Source: Candidatus Latescibacterota bacterium (GTDB lineage Bacteria > Latescibacterota > UBA2968 > UBA8231). From it: a DNA stretch of 64,000 bases. Positions 21,227-31,261 of this stretch are shown piece after piece. Within the stretch, counting starts at the first letter, position 1, and every line of letters starts with the position of its first letter. The notes under the pieces are model-generated. The model made no database searches. It was not told where the DNA came from and saw nothing but the letters and a program-made list of their open reading frames with translations. Where the stretch lies: the NCBI GenBank assembly GCA_965219385.1, contig CBDCNM010000002.1, positions 4,226,305-4,290,304 of the forward strand, read 5' to 3'. Position numbers and translations under genes: made by a program.

Positions 21227-22825
21227 ATGCCGAAAACAGGCGCGGAATGCCTGGTCGAATCCCTGGTAGCGGCCGGAGTCAAGCACCTCTTCACCCTCTC
21301 CGGCAACCAGATCCTCTCCATCTACGACGCCACCATCGGCCGCGGCATCGAATTGATACACACCCGCCACGAAGCCGCCGCCGTACACATGGCGGACGCC
21401 TGGGGACGCCTCACCGAAGAGCCGGGCGTCGCCCTCGTAACTGCCGGGCCCGGCCACTGCAATACCCTCACGGGCCTCTACGTGGCGCTGATGTCCGAGT
21501 CGCCCCTGGTGGTGCTGAGCGGCCACTGCCCGGTGGGCCAGATCGGCAAGGGCGCGTTCCAGGAAATGGACCAGGTCGCCCTCGCCCGGCCCGTGGCCAA
21601 AGCCGCCTGGTTGGTACGGGACGCGGAGAACCTGGGCAAGGATATCGCCGCCGCCCTGTCCATTGCCCGCTCCGGCCGGCCCGGCCCGGTCCACCTCAGC
21701 CTGCCCAACGATATCCTCACCGCCCAGGTAGCATCTGAGGCGCCAGCGTCCACTCCCTCCCGGCAGGAGGCGCCCCTGGCGGACCGCGCCTTGGTCGACC
21801 AGGCCCTCGACCTCCTGACCCGGGCGGAACGTCCGCTGATCCTGGCAGGACCGGCCATGAAGCGCCCCCTGCGCTGGACGGCGGTGGAGCAACTGGCGCA
21901 GACCGCGGATATTCCCGCCCTGCCCATGGAAAGCCCGCGCGGTATCAACGATCCCTGGCTGCACCAGGCCACCACCTGCCTGGAGCGGGCCAACCTGGTG
22001 CTGCTGGTGGGGAAAAAACCGGACTTCACCCTGCGCTTTGGCCAGCCGCCCTTTTTCTCCGACGCATGTCGCTTCATTCAGATCGACACCGATGAAGAGC
22101 AATTCAGTCAGGACCAGCGGGTGGTGCTGAAAATAAAGGCGGAATCGGTGGGTGTATTGAAACAGCTGCAAACAGCGGCGCAGTCGCTGGAATGGACGCC
22201 CTCCGCCTGGAGGCAAGAGGTCGAGGCCGCCCGCAACGCCACCTCTCCCGCATGGGAAGGGTTGCTGCATTCGCCCCAACAACCCATCCACCCCCTGCGG
22301 TTGTGCCGAGCGCTCCGGCCCTTCCTGGGCGGCGATGCCATATTCATCAGCGACGGAGGCGAAGTCGGACAGTGGGTCCAGGCCGGGCTGGAGAGCCCCT
22401 GTCGGCTCATCAACGGTCCGGCCGGCTCCATCGGCAGCGCTCTTCCCATGGGCCTGGGTGCCAAGCTGGCCTTTCCCCAGCGCCCGGTGTTTGTGGTTCT
22501 GGGAGACGGCGCCATGGGATACCACCTCCTGGAATTCGACACTGCTCTGCGCTACGGTTTGCCCATCATCGCCATTGTCGGCAACGACGCCTGCTGGAAC
22601 GCCGAGTACCAGCTGCAAATCCAGCACTACGGCGCCGATCGTCTGGTGGGATGCGAATTAGCGCTGTCGCGCTATGACAAAATGGTGGAGGCCCTGGGAG
22701 GGCACGGGGAATTCGTCGAGCAGCCCGAAGACCTGGAACTGGCCCTCGAAAGCGCGGTGGAATCGGGGCTGCCCGCCTGCGTAAACGTGGTCATCGAAAG
22801 GACTGCCGCACCCACCTTCCGGTAG
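21227..22825 (+). CDS. Thiamine-pyrophosphate-dependent enzyme (acetolactate synthase/2-hydroxyacyl-CoA lyase-like)
   Basis: [30 protein letters not shown]...NDACW. Confidence 0.9.
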   Translation: MPKTGAECLVESLVAAGVKHLFTLSGNQILSIYDATIGRGIELIHTRHEAAAVHMADAWGRLTEEPGVALVTAGPGHCNTLTGLYVALMSESPLVVLSGHCPVGQIGKGAFQEMDQVALARPVAKAAWLVRDAENLGKDIAAALSIARSGRPGPVHLSLPNDILTAQVASEAPASTPSRQEAPLADRALVDQALDLLTRAERPLILAGPAMKRPLRWTAVEQLAQTADIPALPMESPRGINDPWLHQATTCLERANLVLLVGKKPDFTLRFGQPPFFSDACRFIQIDTDEEQFSQDQRVVLKIKAESVGVLKQLQTAAQSLEWTPSAWRQEVEAARNATSPAWEGLLHSPQQPIHPLRLCRALRPFLGGDAIFISDGGEVGQWVQAGLESPCRLINGPAGSIGSALPMGLGAKLAFPQRPVFVVLGDGAMGYHLLEFDTALRYGLPIIAIVGNDACWNAEYQLQIQHYGADRLVGCELALSRYDKMVEALGGHGEFVEQPEDLELALESAVESGLPACVNVVIERTAAPTFR

Positions 22826-22834
22826 GCGCTCACT

Positions 22835-23149
22835 TCACCTGCCGGTGCGGCCGGAGCGCCGCGGAAACATGGTTTGTTTGCCGCCCTTACCTCCCTCGGG
22901 TCTGGGCCCAGGTTTACCTTCGTCTCTCCTGCCTTTAGCCCTGGCTTCGAGAGCCGGCTGGGCTTCGTCTTCCGCCTCCTGGCTCCGGGCCTCTTCGGCC
23001 CGGGCCTTTTCCTGTTCGGCCAGGAGCTTGCGCTCGTCCTCCTCGTCCTCCCTCAGGTGGCACTTCTTGTACTTTTTGCCGGAACCACAAAGGCACGGAT
23101 CATTGCGGCCGGTATCCTTCAGGCGTTGTAAAAATTCAGCTTCTGACAT
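22835..23149 (-). CDS. Small SEC-C motif (Zn-binding) protein
   Basis: GRNDPCLCGSGKKYKKCH; GGAGGAG RBS; promoter TTGCAT-N17-TAGTAT at 23221-23193. Confidence 0.85.
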   Translation of the reverse strand: MSEAEFLQRLKDTGRNDPCLCGSGKKYKKCHLREDEEDERKLLAEQEKARAEEARSQEAEDEAQPALEARAKGRRDEGKPGPRPEGGKGGKQTMFPRRSGRTGR

Positions 23150-23412
23150 GGCTCCTCCGGCAGCATAAATCATACTTTACTGGGCAAAGAGAATACTACA
23201 ATATCCACGCGATCAATGCAAATTTAAAGTAGGGAGCCGGAGAGTGGCCGAGCCCATCAAACTCTCACAACACCCACTTGACCGGGTACTCCATTTCTCC
23301 TACTATCATTCCAATCAGATGTGTGGTTGGACATAAAGGGCGCCGCGCAGGCGCGATTGGACGGTGACACAACTCCCTCCGGACGCCGCTTTCGACAAGT
23401 ACTGAAAATCCC

Positions 23413-25083
23413 TCAACCCTCCCCGAACAACGCCACCGCATCCTCCTCCACCTTTTTGCGCCGCTCCTCTTCCGGCCTAGCGTCCAGACACCCCATATCC
23501 TGGTAGAACTCGGTGTCGTAGTCCCGCGTCTTGATCACCACCGGCATGGGCACCGCATGGCCGATCACCAGGGCCTGCTGTTTCGAGTCCAGACTGGCCA
23601 GCACGCTGCGCAACCCCTCGGTGCCGCTCACCCCGGTCAGCACCGCCTGGATATCCTTCTCGTCATTGAGCAGGGCCGTGATCCGGGTGCCGATCTGCGA
23701 CAGCACCTCGTCGTCTATGCCGGAGGGCCGCTGATCCACGATCAGCAGGGAGACATAGTACTTGCGCATCTCGCGCGCGATGGTCCCGAAAATAGTCTGT
23801 TTGGCGGCGCTGGGATTGAGGAATTTGTGGGCCTCTTCGATGGAGATCATCAGCTGGCGCGGCTGGTCTTCGACCTTCTGGGTCGCGTAGAAGCGCTCGC
23901 TCTTCTTGACGTACATCTCGTGGATCCGCCGGGCGATGATATTGGCCACCAGCAAGTAGCACAGCATGCTGGTCTGCTGGCCGAATTCCAGGACCACGTT
24001 GATGCCCCGGTCCAGGTACTCCATGATCCGGTCCACCACGTCGCCGTCCTCCAGTTCGGAGACCATGAACGGAAAGCTCTCCAGGCGCTTGAGCTTGCGG
24101 TGCAGGGCCACCAGCGACCCCGGGTGCGCCCCGATCTCGTGCGCGAACTCCTCCACGTCCGGTCCCTCGAGTTTCAGCAGGGTGCGCAGCCAGCGCTCCT
24201 TGTACAGAGCGTAGACCAGATAGGCTGACTCCACCGCCGTGGGGTTGAGCTTCAACTCGTCCTGCAGAGGGGCGATGTCCTCCACCGCGATCTGGTCGTA
24301 CGAAATGTAGACCTCGTAATCCGGCTGTACCCCGCGGGCCCGGGTCGACTGCGGATCTAGGGAAAAGATGGCCACCTTGGCTCCGAAGAGCTGCTTGAGC
24401 CCCTTGACAAAGGTGGCGCTGGCGCCGGCCGTCTCCTTCATGGCCTTGAAACCGTACTCATTGTGCATGTCGAAGACCAGGTTTACCGCCCGGTCAAAGT
24501 GGATCAGACCACACAGCACCAGCCGGGTCAGGAAGGATTTGCCGGTGCCGGTCTTGCCGAAGATGCCGTTGCTGCGCTCGGCAAAACGCACCATGTCGAC
24601 GCACACTGGGGTCTCCATGTCGAGCGGACTGCCAATGCTGAAAAAGCGCCCCTCCTCGTCCCCTTCGCGCCCGAAGATCTTGGCCACATCGTCTTCGACC
24701 GCTTCCTGGACCGTGGAAAAGTGGCTCGGAATCGCCTTGACCGGACGCGGTCCTTCCAGGTCGTCGGCCACCAGTGCCTTGGGCATCATCAGCATGGGGC
24801 GCAGGGAGACGATATTGTAGGTGCTGGTGCCGCTGAGGACCTGGCGCAGTAGTTCGTCCTCGCGCTCGGGCGGGTGCAGCAGGATCTCCTGATTGGTGGC
24901 GTCCAGCCGCATATCCGTGACCATGGAGAAAAAATCGTGTTTGTCCCCCTCGATCACCACGAATTTGCCGGCCTTCATGTCCTCGATATTCTCGGACGGG
25001 TCCAGCTTCATTTCCAGCCCTTCCACCAGCGATCCTCGGGTGATCACCCCCAGGCGCACTCCACGCCTGTCCTTGGCCTTCAT
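23413..25083 (-). CDS. herA: HerA-family helicase/ATPase with N-terminal HAS barrel
   Basis: FGKTGTGKS, FDMHNEYG, IEEAHKF, AREMRKY, VDQRPS. Confidence 0.9.
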   Translation of the reverse strand: MKAKDRRGVRLGVITRGSLVEGLEMKLDPSENIEDMKAGKFVVIEGDKHDFFSMVTDMRLDATNQEILLHPPEREDELLRQVLSGTSTYNIVSLRPMLMMPKALVADDLEGPRPVKAIPSHFSTVQEAVEDDVAKIFGREGDEEGRFFSIGSPLDMETPVCVDMVRFAERSNGIFGKTGTGKSFLTRLVLCGLIHFDRAVNLVFDMHNEYGFKAMKETAGASATFVKGLKQLFGAKVAIFSLDPQSTRARGVQPDYEVYISYDQIAVEDIAPLQDELKLNPTAVESAYLVYALYKERWLRTLLKLEGPDVEEFAHEIGAHPGSLVALHRKLKRLESFPFMVSELEDGDVVDRIMEYLDRGINVVLEFGQQTSMLCYLLVANIIARRIHEMYVKKSERFYATQKVEDQPRQLMISIEEAHKFLNPSAAKQTIFGTIAREMRKYYVSLLIVDQRPSGIDDEVLSQIGTRITALLNDEKDIQAVLTGVSGTEGLRSVLASLDSKQQALVIGHAVPMPVVIKTRDYDTEFYQDMGCLDARPEEERRKKVEEDAVALFGEG

Positions 25084-25107
25084 GCAGCCTTCCTCTCTGT
25101 GTGTTTT

Positions 25108-25770
25108 TTACTGGGCAATCCGCCGGATCATCGAACTCAGGCGGTCGTAGTCGTCGCGCAGCAGGCGGGACAGTTCCTTGCCCATGCGCACCAGGTACCC
25201 GCGCGAGTCGCGGTGCGCCTTCAGGGTGTGGCGCAGGGCCGCGATCAGCAACTCATCGGTGGGCAACTTGGCCGTGCCGAGGATGCTGCGGAGGTAGTCG
25301 TCCGTGCCGGTGAAACGCCGCACCTCGTCGTCGTCGCACAGGTAGGCAAAGCTGTGGATCCGGGCCGGCTGCGGCGGCACAATGTGCCCCGGAGTTTCGC
25401 CGTCCAGGTAGCCGAGGACCAGGGCCTGGAACTCGGTGCGCAGCAACTCGAAGATCTGCGGCTGCTCCATGCGCAATTCCTCTTCGGTCTTGCCGTAGGC
25501 GGTGGGCCGGCGATTGGGCTCGATGGAATGGGTGAATACATTAAACACAATGCCGATGATCGGCATTTCCGCGTCCACCCGGATGAAGCGACCGAACGAG
25601 GGCGCCCCGTGCAGGTGACGCGCCTCGGCGATCAGCTCGGTGGTGCTGCTCTCGATCACCTCGCCCACGTGCCCCCCTATCTCGTAGGTGAAAAAACCAT
25701 TGCCCGATTCTTCCCCCGAGGTGAATCGACTCAGTGGATTCACCTGCTTTTTCTCCTCAGTGGTATTCAA
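25108..25770 (-). CDS. HAS-barrel domain protein (NurA-HerA associated)
   Basis: GEVIESSTTE..A, PSFGRFI, PQIFELLRTEF, PPQPARIH; lies between nurA and herA. Confidence 0.8.
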   Translation of the reverse strand: MNTTEEKKQVNPLSRFTSGEESGNGFFTYEIGGHVGEVIESSTTELIAEARHLHGAPSFGRFIRVDAEMPIIGIVFNVFTHSIEPNRRPTAYGKTEEELRMEQPQIFELLRTEFQALVLGYLDGETPGHIVPPQPARIHSFAYLCDDDEVRRFTGTDDYLRSILGTAKLPTDELLIAALRHTLKAHRDSRGYLVRMGKELSRLLRDDYDRLSSMIRRIAQ

Positions 25771-25790
25771 GGATAAGCCCCTCCAAACAA

Positions 25791-27026
25791 TTATATGCTC
25801 GCGTGCCGTTTCTTCAGACTCTTGCTGGAAATCCCGACCTTGATATCGTTCTTCACAAAGGTAGCGCTCAGGAAGCGGTAGAACGCCTCGCGATCCGCCC
25901 CCCGCACTACGGCCCGTTCGTGCGCCTCGGAAAGGGTCACCGGGTAACCCTGGCCCTTTTCGGCCTGGTCGCAGGCACAGGCGTGGACCAGATTCAACAA
26001 TTCTTCATCATCGGCAACCCACTGGGGCAACTCGACCCGGGCGATTTCGGCCCCCACGTGTACATAAAAAAAGTAGATGTAGTGCGGACCGTAGGATTCC
26101 AGGATCTTCGATGAACTCCTGAACAACGGGGTCCGCTCCCCTACCTGTAGTACCTGGCGCAGCAACACTGCATCGCTGAGCCCTTCGAGGGGGCTGCAGG
26201 GCACCCCTCGTCCCTGCCACAAATCCGCCGGCGGGGCTTCGACCTCTTCGGCCCCCATGGCAAACTGGTTCTCCGGCTTCCAGGGGCAGCGGTCGCAGTC
26301 CGCCACCTCCAGAGGGCACAACCCCAGCTTAAGGGCGTTGACCAGATCCTGGCTGCCGGGACGGCTGATGTAGCCCACCAGCGGGATTCGCGCCCGGCGC
26401 AAGCGCTCGAGGGCGCCCAAAAATTCCTCCAGGTAGGCCTCCTTGAAGTCCTGGGGCTTGCCTTCCAGGCTCCACAGGATCAGGGTACCGTCCGCCAGGG
26501 CCAGCACTGGATGCCCTTCTTCCCGGGCCGCCAGGGAAAGCTCGGCCAGTTCGGTGAATTCCATCAGTCCACGCCTGAACCCGACCAGCTCGCGGTTGAC
26601 GAACATCCGCCGTCCACCCCACTCCTCGTAGATATTTTCCTCCTTGTAGAAGAGGGTGGGTTTGCTGCTCATCAGCGGCTTTTCAACCGAGCCGTAGTGC
26701 AGCAGGATATAGCCGATATTGATCAGGTAACAGGAAGAGACCTCGTGGCGGTCCGGAAAGATCTGCGACCCATCCGTTGCCGCCACGCTGATGCGTTCGG
26801 GCCGCGGCGGCAACGCATGACAAAGATCCGGCCTTTCGACCAGGCCCGGCAGCAGCCAGGAAGTTTTGCTGTTCTGGATCTTGCGGGCCAGCACCTCCCA
26901 GTCCGTGGCCCAGCGCTTGTGCTGGCGCAGAGCCAGTGCCAGCTTCTCCTCGAAGTCCACCTGGACGCCCCGCTGGTCCTTTACCATCTGATCGATCTGG
27001 GTCTTTACCGCGTGTAGATTCAGCAT
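25791..27026 (-). CDS. nurA: NurA nuclease
   Basis: ATDGSQI, LADGTL, EIARVELP, GYPVTLSEAHERA; ATG at 27026 just after the upstream stop. Confidence 0.9.
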   Translation of the reverse strand: MLNLHAVKTQIDQMVKDQRGVQVDFEEKLALALRQHKRWATDWEVLARKIQNSKTSWLLPGLVERPDLCHALPPRPERISVAATDGSQIFPDRHEVSSCYLINIGYILLHYGSVEKPLMSSKPTLFYKEENIYEEWGGRRMFVNRELVGFRRGLMEFTELAELSLAAREEGHPVLALADGTLILWSLEGKPQDFKEAYLEEFLGALERLRRARIPLVGYISRPGSQDLVNALKLGLCPLEVADCDRCPWKPENQFAMGAEEVEAPPADLWQGRGVPCSPLEGLSDAVLLRQVLQVGERTPLFRSSSKILESYGPHYIYFFYVHVGAEIARVELPQWVADDEELLNLVHACACDQAEKGQGYPVTLSEAHERAVVRGADREAFYRFLSATFVKNDIKVGISSKSLKKRHASI

Positions 27027-27030
27027 GGCA

Positions 27031-27801
27031 TTACCGGCCCTGGTCCGTTTGCTCCTGGATTTCCCCCCGCGGATCGAAACCCTTTTCCTCGTCGGTTTCT
27101 TCATCTGTATTTTCCGGTTCGTCGCCCCAGGTCTTTCCCCCGTCTCTGGAGATGCGGGTACGCGCCCTCCACTCCTCCAACCGCCCCCGGCCGTAGCGGC
27201 GGATATCCTCCACCCGGGTTTGGGCAATCTCGGTGCCGACCTGTCCACTGCCGTCCGGCCGGTTGCTCTCTATCCTCACGGCATCGAAATCCAGCTTGCC
27301 TTCCAGGATCTCGAGGACCTCGTACTGCAGCCCCATCTGGCGTTGTTGCAGTCCTTCCTGGTCGATGTTGCGAACCCGGAAGCGCAGCACTAGGCGCCGG
27401 GCGATTTTGTCCAGGTTGACGCCGTAGAAAACCCCGTAGGTTTCATTGACCAGGCGCTTGATCTGCGGCAGGTTGTCCTGCAGGGGCAGACGCAGAGTCT
27501 CCGCCTTTGGGGTTTTTTCCACCTCCTCTTTCTTTTCTTCAAACCCTTCCAGGGAGGGCCCCCAGACCCAGCCTTCCACCCGAAAGCGCACCCACTTGCC
27601 CTGCTCGCTGATCCGCTCTATCTGCGTGCCTTCAAGCAAGGTGCCAAGCTTCCTGCCGTTGGGGCCGTCGCGGAAATTTTCCACGCTCATCTTGACCGTG
27701 AAGACCCCTTCTTCGCGCAGCCTGGCAGCCAGGGCGGCCAGGCTGCAGCCGAGCACCAGCCCCAGCGCCAGAAACCTGGAGCCGCTAGAGAAGCGAAACA
27801 T
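27031..27801 (-). CDS. Exported hypothetical protein with SH3-like N-terminal domain
   Basis: Signal peptide; ENFRDGPNGRKLGTL...GKWVRFRVEGWVW. Confidence 0.65.
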   Translation of the reverse strand: MFRFSSGSRFLALGLVLGCSLAALAARLREEGVFTVKMSVENFRDGPNGRKLGTLLEGTQIERISEQGKWVRFRVEGWVWGPSLEGFEEKKEEVEKTPKAETLRLPLQDNLPQIKRLVNETYGVFYGVNLDKIARRLVLRFRVRNIDQEGLQQRQMGLQYEVLEILEGKLDFDAVRIESNRPDGSGQVGTEIAQTRVEDIRRYGRGRLEEWRARTRISRDGGKTWGDEPENTDEETDEEKGFDPRGEIQEQTDQGR

Positions 27802-28375
27802 AGTAGTATTGCCGACCTCCCCCGGTCACGGAGCCATCGCGCATGCGGCAGACCAGTCCCATGCGCTGCAGGGCATTCAGCCGGTTGCAGACAATATTCA
27901 CATTTTTGCTCAGGGCCCCGGACAGCTCCGCCGAGGTCGCGCACTTGTACTTCAGCAGAACATCCAGGGCTTCCCGCATGGGCCGTTTGAGCACCCCCAG
28001 CAGGACCACGTCATCCCCCTCCTTCAGCAGAGCCGACAGCTCGCGCAGCTGCAGCACGGCCTCGATCGTCTCGCGCAGCGAGGTATTGGTCCCCTGAATG
28101 TACACATAGCGGTTTCCCAACTCCCCACTGCGCAAGCGCAACAGCAACTTGTGCAGCATTTCATCGGCACAGGAGACATCCATGAACGAAACGTGGGAAA
28201 AATCCAGCGGGGTCACCGAATAATCGGGCACCCGCAGGATGGCTTCCGTGAGAGCCGCGAGCAATTCAGCGCCTTTGGACCGGCCACTGAGAATCGCCTG
28301 TCCAGGAGGCAAAACAAAAGGAGGGGCTTCAATCACGGCCTGTCCTTCTGCCCGCCGGGTTGCAAGCTCTTGCAT
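27785..28375 (-). CDS. STAS-like domain + winged-helix DNA-binding protein
   Basis: LDFSHVSFMDVSCADE (STAS-like, with Ser at the phospho-acceptor-like position); C-terminal ATSAELSGALSKNVNIVCNRLNALQRMGLV...GGRQYYY. Confidence 0.7.
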   Translation of the reverse strand: MQELATRRAEGQAVIEAPPFVLPPGQAILSGRSKGAELLAALTEAILRVPDYSVTPLDFSHVSFMDVSCADEMLHKLLLRLRSGELGNRYVYIQGTNTSLRETIEAVLQLRELSALLKEGDDVVLLGVLKRPMREALDVLLKYKCATSAELSGALSKNVNIVCNRLNALQRMGLVCRMRDGSVTGGGRQYYYVSLL

Positions 28376-28408
28376 CAATAATACCTTTCCCGCGCACCCA
28401 TTTTCCAA

Positions 28409-28460
28409 CTTAATTGAGTTCAATTAAGCTAAAATTATATAACTTGCGAAAATCTGTCAA
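28409..28460 (-). promoter_or_regulatory. AT-rich promoter with perfect 9-bp inverted-repeat operator
   Basis: Minus strand TTGACA (28460-28455), TATAAT (28439-28434, 15-nt spacer; TAATTT at 17); CTTAATTGA-GT-TCAATTAAG at 28409-28428. Confidence 0.65.
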
Positions 28461-28550
28461 GCTATTTATTCAATCAGCAGGCCCCTAGATAGGCCATAGG
28501 TACGGCTGGTATCAACTATATAATGGGGAGGAGGGCCTAGAGGAATCCCT

Positions 28551-28697
28551 TCAACCGGGCGAGTTGGCCTGGTGTACCAGCGCCATGAAGGCAAAGTATC
28601 CCACCGTCAGAACCGCGGCAATGGCCACGGCCACCAGGATGATCAGGAAGGGTTCGTACTTGGGCGGTTCGGGTGGTTCGTGTCGTCCGCCAAACAA
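28551..28697 (-). CDS. Unannotated 48-aa single-pass membrane microprotein
   Basis: AAGGAGG RBS, TTG start; MFGGRHEPPEPPKYEPFLIILVAVAIAAVLTVGYFAFMALVHQANSPG*. Confidence 0.6.
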   Translation of the reverse strand: MFGGRHEPPEPPKYEPFLIILVAVAIAAVLTVGYFAFMALVHQANSPG

Positions 28698-28722
28698 CCT
28701 TGTCCTCCTTTTAGAAGCCTCC

Positions 28723-29604
28723 TTAGCATCTATCCCTCTGGTACAGGGTGATGCTCAGCAAGGTCCCCGGAAAATACGCCGACACATGCTCCGAGCGCTG
28801 TCCCCCACGGATGTACACCCGCGTATCACCCGAGCGAATCTGCAGATTGCCGTTGTATTGATTGCAGATCTGGTTAACCAAATAAAGCCCCAACCCCCTG
28901 GCCGTATCCCGGGAAAAATGTTTTTTAAGCGAATTGACAATCGCCTCGCCGTGCGTCCATGTATGTACTGCAAACCGCTGTGACAGACTCTTCTTGATGC
29001 CAATGCCCAGATCCCCGACACCAATGACTACGTACTTCATGCGCTTGCGCGGATCCTGGTAGCGCTGGGCCGTGACATACCCCCAGTTCATGCTGTGGTC
29101 GAGGATGTTGTGACACAACTCGGCAACGACATTCTTGAACTGGTTGATCTCGATTTCGGTGTACAGCAATTCTTCGGCCAGGATGGCCTCGACCCGCTGG
29201 CCTATATGGTCCAGGACCGTTTCGACGTCCACCCGCTCCTCGATGCGGGTAATCTCCAGCAGGGCCTCGCTTTCGGGTTTTTCGCGTTCGGGATCGACTA
29301 CCAAGTCGGGCCCGGCCAGTTCCACCAACCCCTGGAGCGCCTCGGCAAAACGCACCCGCCCCAGATAGCTTCTCAGGGCATAGGCGCGGGGCATTCTGTA
29401 CACCACCCGGTCAAAGGCCGTGCGGGCGTATCGGGCCATGAGGCACAGAACAATCAGGCCGTAGGGGGCGATAAATTTCATCCCTTCCAGATCTACTTCC
29501 AGGTCTTGCTGGTCGCTGGTCTGGTGGACGTAATGCAAAAATTCACCCAGCAACGGATCCGTCGAACGCGGGGTCAGCTGAGCTTCTTGAACAAGTAGAG
29601 ACAA
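28723..29604 (-). CDS. STAS-like + HATPase (RsbW/SpoIIAB-like) kinase/ATP-binding protein
   Basis: VDLEGMKFIAPYG; N-box AELCHNILDHS, G1 VGDLGIGI, G2 RGLGLYLV, C-terminal PGT; no HisKA motif. Confidence 0.78.
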   Translation of the reverse strand: MSLLVQEAQLTPRSTDPLLGEFLHYVHQTSDQQDLEVDLEGMKFIAPYGLIVLCLMARYARTAFDRVVYRMPRAYALRSYLGRVRFAEALQGLVELAGPDLVVDPEREKPESEALLEITRIEERVDVETVLDHIGQRVEAILAEELLYTEIEINQFKNVVAELCHNILDHSMNWGYVTAQRYQDPRKRMKYVVIGVGDLGIGIKKSLSQRFAVHTWTHGEAIVNSLKKHFSRDTARGLGLYLVNQICNQYNGNLQIRSGDTRVYIRGGQRSEHVSAYFPGTLLSITLYQRDRC

Positions 29605-29855
29605 ACCCCCTCTGCTCCTTGACTTAACTACAGTTTCGGGGTAGTTTGAATTACTCTATCTCCTACCCTGTTTATGCAATCGCTCTTGGACATCATCGTG
29701 AAAGGGGACATGCTCCACAAAACAATTAATATGACCGATTCCAAGTTCGGCGTCCAGAATTTCATCGGCATTAACTACGACGGCGAAAATGGCATCCGCA
29801 TCAATGATGTTTCCCGCCAACAAGCCCATCCGCGGCTGGGGGTCTGCCCCAGCTG

Positions 29856-30566
29856 GTGATTCCACGGGAGCTATACTTGGCCAGGATATCCCTCCACGCA
29901 TTCTCCGCTCCCAGAAAGATAAGTCTCGCCTTGGTGCTGTCCTTCACCTTGTTGCCCCTGTCCGGCTACCGCATCGAGCGCAATCGCAATACCGAACTGG
30001 ATATCGCGCGTCTGCGAAAAACCGAATGCGAGTACAGAGGCATTATCGCCAACTTCGAGGAAGTGACCCGGGCCTATGCCTTGGTGATATACGACCAGGC
30101 AAAGCTGGTGCGCTGGGAAGCCCGCCCCAGCCCTTACAACCCGGATACCGAGACCTTGGTCACCGGGCTGTTCACCACAACCGGTCCCAAGTCCGACGCC
30201 CCCCCGGCAGAGCCCCGGATCGAAGCAGCCCGGCGTCAGGCCCTGCCCTCTTTCGGCGTAGCTTGGCGTTACAGTTCCCTCGGTATCATCCTGATTACCG
30301 CCCACAATATCTACGCCCGGGATGCCCTGGCGGTTTTCCAGCAAACCGTGGACGGCTTCATCAATCAGATGGTTCTGGTGACGGAATCGGTTTCTCTGCG
30401 CGCGGGGCCGGGACAAGACTTCCCGGTCATCGAGGAATTGAAGGCTGGAACCATGCTCTTGTTGGAGGACCAGCGGGAACACTGGAGCTACATCCGCATC
30501 CCTTCCACTCAAACCAAAGGCTGGCTTTACAAGCAACACCTCAGGTCTCTCAGTCATGCCCGATAA
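29856..30566 (+). CDS. Hypothetical protein with C-terminal bacterial SH3 domain (5' part possibly broken)
   Basis: [14 protein letters not shown]...W..IR...KGWL. Confidence 0.5.
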   Translation: MIPRELYLARISLHAFSAPRKISLALVLSFTLLPLSGYRIERNRNTELDIARLRKTECEYRGIIANFEEVTRAYALVIYDQAKLVRWEARPSPYNPDTETLVTGLFTTTGPKSDAPPAEPRIEAARRQALPSFGVAWRYSSLGIILITAHNIYARDALAVFQQTVDGFINQMVLVTESVSLRAGPGQDFPVIEELKAGTMLLLEDQREHWSYIRIPSTQTKGWLYKQHLRSLSHAR

Positions 30567-31260
30567 AAACAACGACGCGATGATTTGGCTCCGCGACCTC
30601 GAAAAAATTTATGCAATGGGGGCCACCCAAGTCCACGCCCTGCGCGGCATCTCCCTCGATATTCAGGCCAATGAGTACGTGGCGATCATGGGCCCCTCCG
30701 GTTCCGGCAAATCCACCCTCCTGAACATTCTGGGCTGCCTCGACGTGCCCTCGGCCGGTACCTACGAACTGAACGGCCAGCGGCTCAGTGAGATGGACGA
30801 TGACGGCTTGGCCCGGATCCGCAACCAGGAAATCGGCTTCGTCTTTCAGACCTTCCATCTCCTGCCCCGTGCAAACGCCCTGCGCAATGTCGAACTCCCT
30901 CTGGTTTACAGCGGCCTGCCCGGCGGGCAGCGCCGGCAGCAAGCCGCGCACGCCCTCGAAGCCGTAGGGCTGACCGACCGCATGGATCACCGGCCCAACG
31001 AACTTTCGGGCGGGCAGCGTCAGCGGGTGGCCGTGGCCCGCGCCTTGGTCAACAACCCCTCCATCATTCTGGCCGATGAGCCCACGGGAGCGCTGGACAC
31101 CCGGACCGGGGAGGAAATCATGGAGCTCATCGACCAGCTCCGCGCGGCCGGCAATACCATCATCCTGGTGACCCACGAAGAGCATGTAGCCCGGCACAGC
31201 CACCGCATTGTTCGCTTCAGGGACGGGCTCGTCGAAAACGATACCCTGCAAAAACCATGA
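30556..31260 (+). CDS. ABC transporter ATP-binding protein (MacB/LolD type)
   Basis: [29 protein letters not shown]. Confidence 0.95.
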   Translation: MPDKNNDAMIWLRDLEKIYAMGATQVHALRGISLDIQANEYVAIMGPSGSGKSTLLNILGCLDVPSAGTYELNGQRLSEMDDDGLARIRNQEIGFVFQTFHLLPRANALRNVELPLVYSGLPGGQRRQQAAHALEAVGLTDRMDHRPNELSGGQRQRVAVARALVNNPSIILADEPTGALDTRTGEEIMELIDQLRAAGNTIILVTHEEHVARHSHRIVRFRDGLVENDTLQKP

Positions 31261-31261
31261 C

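Noticed and set aside
27027..27248. N-terminal extension of nurA given by the ORF track (485 aa)
   Set aside because: Overlaps the upstream SH3 gene; the ATG at 27026 fits operon spacing
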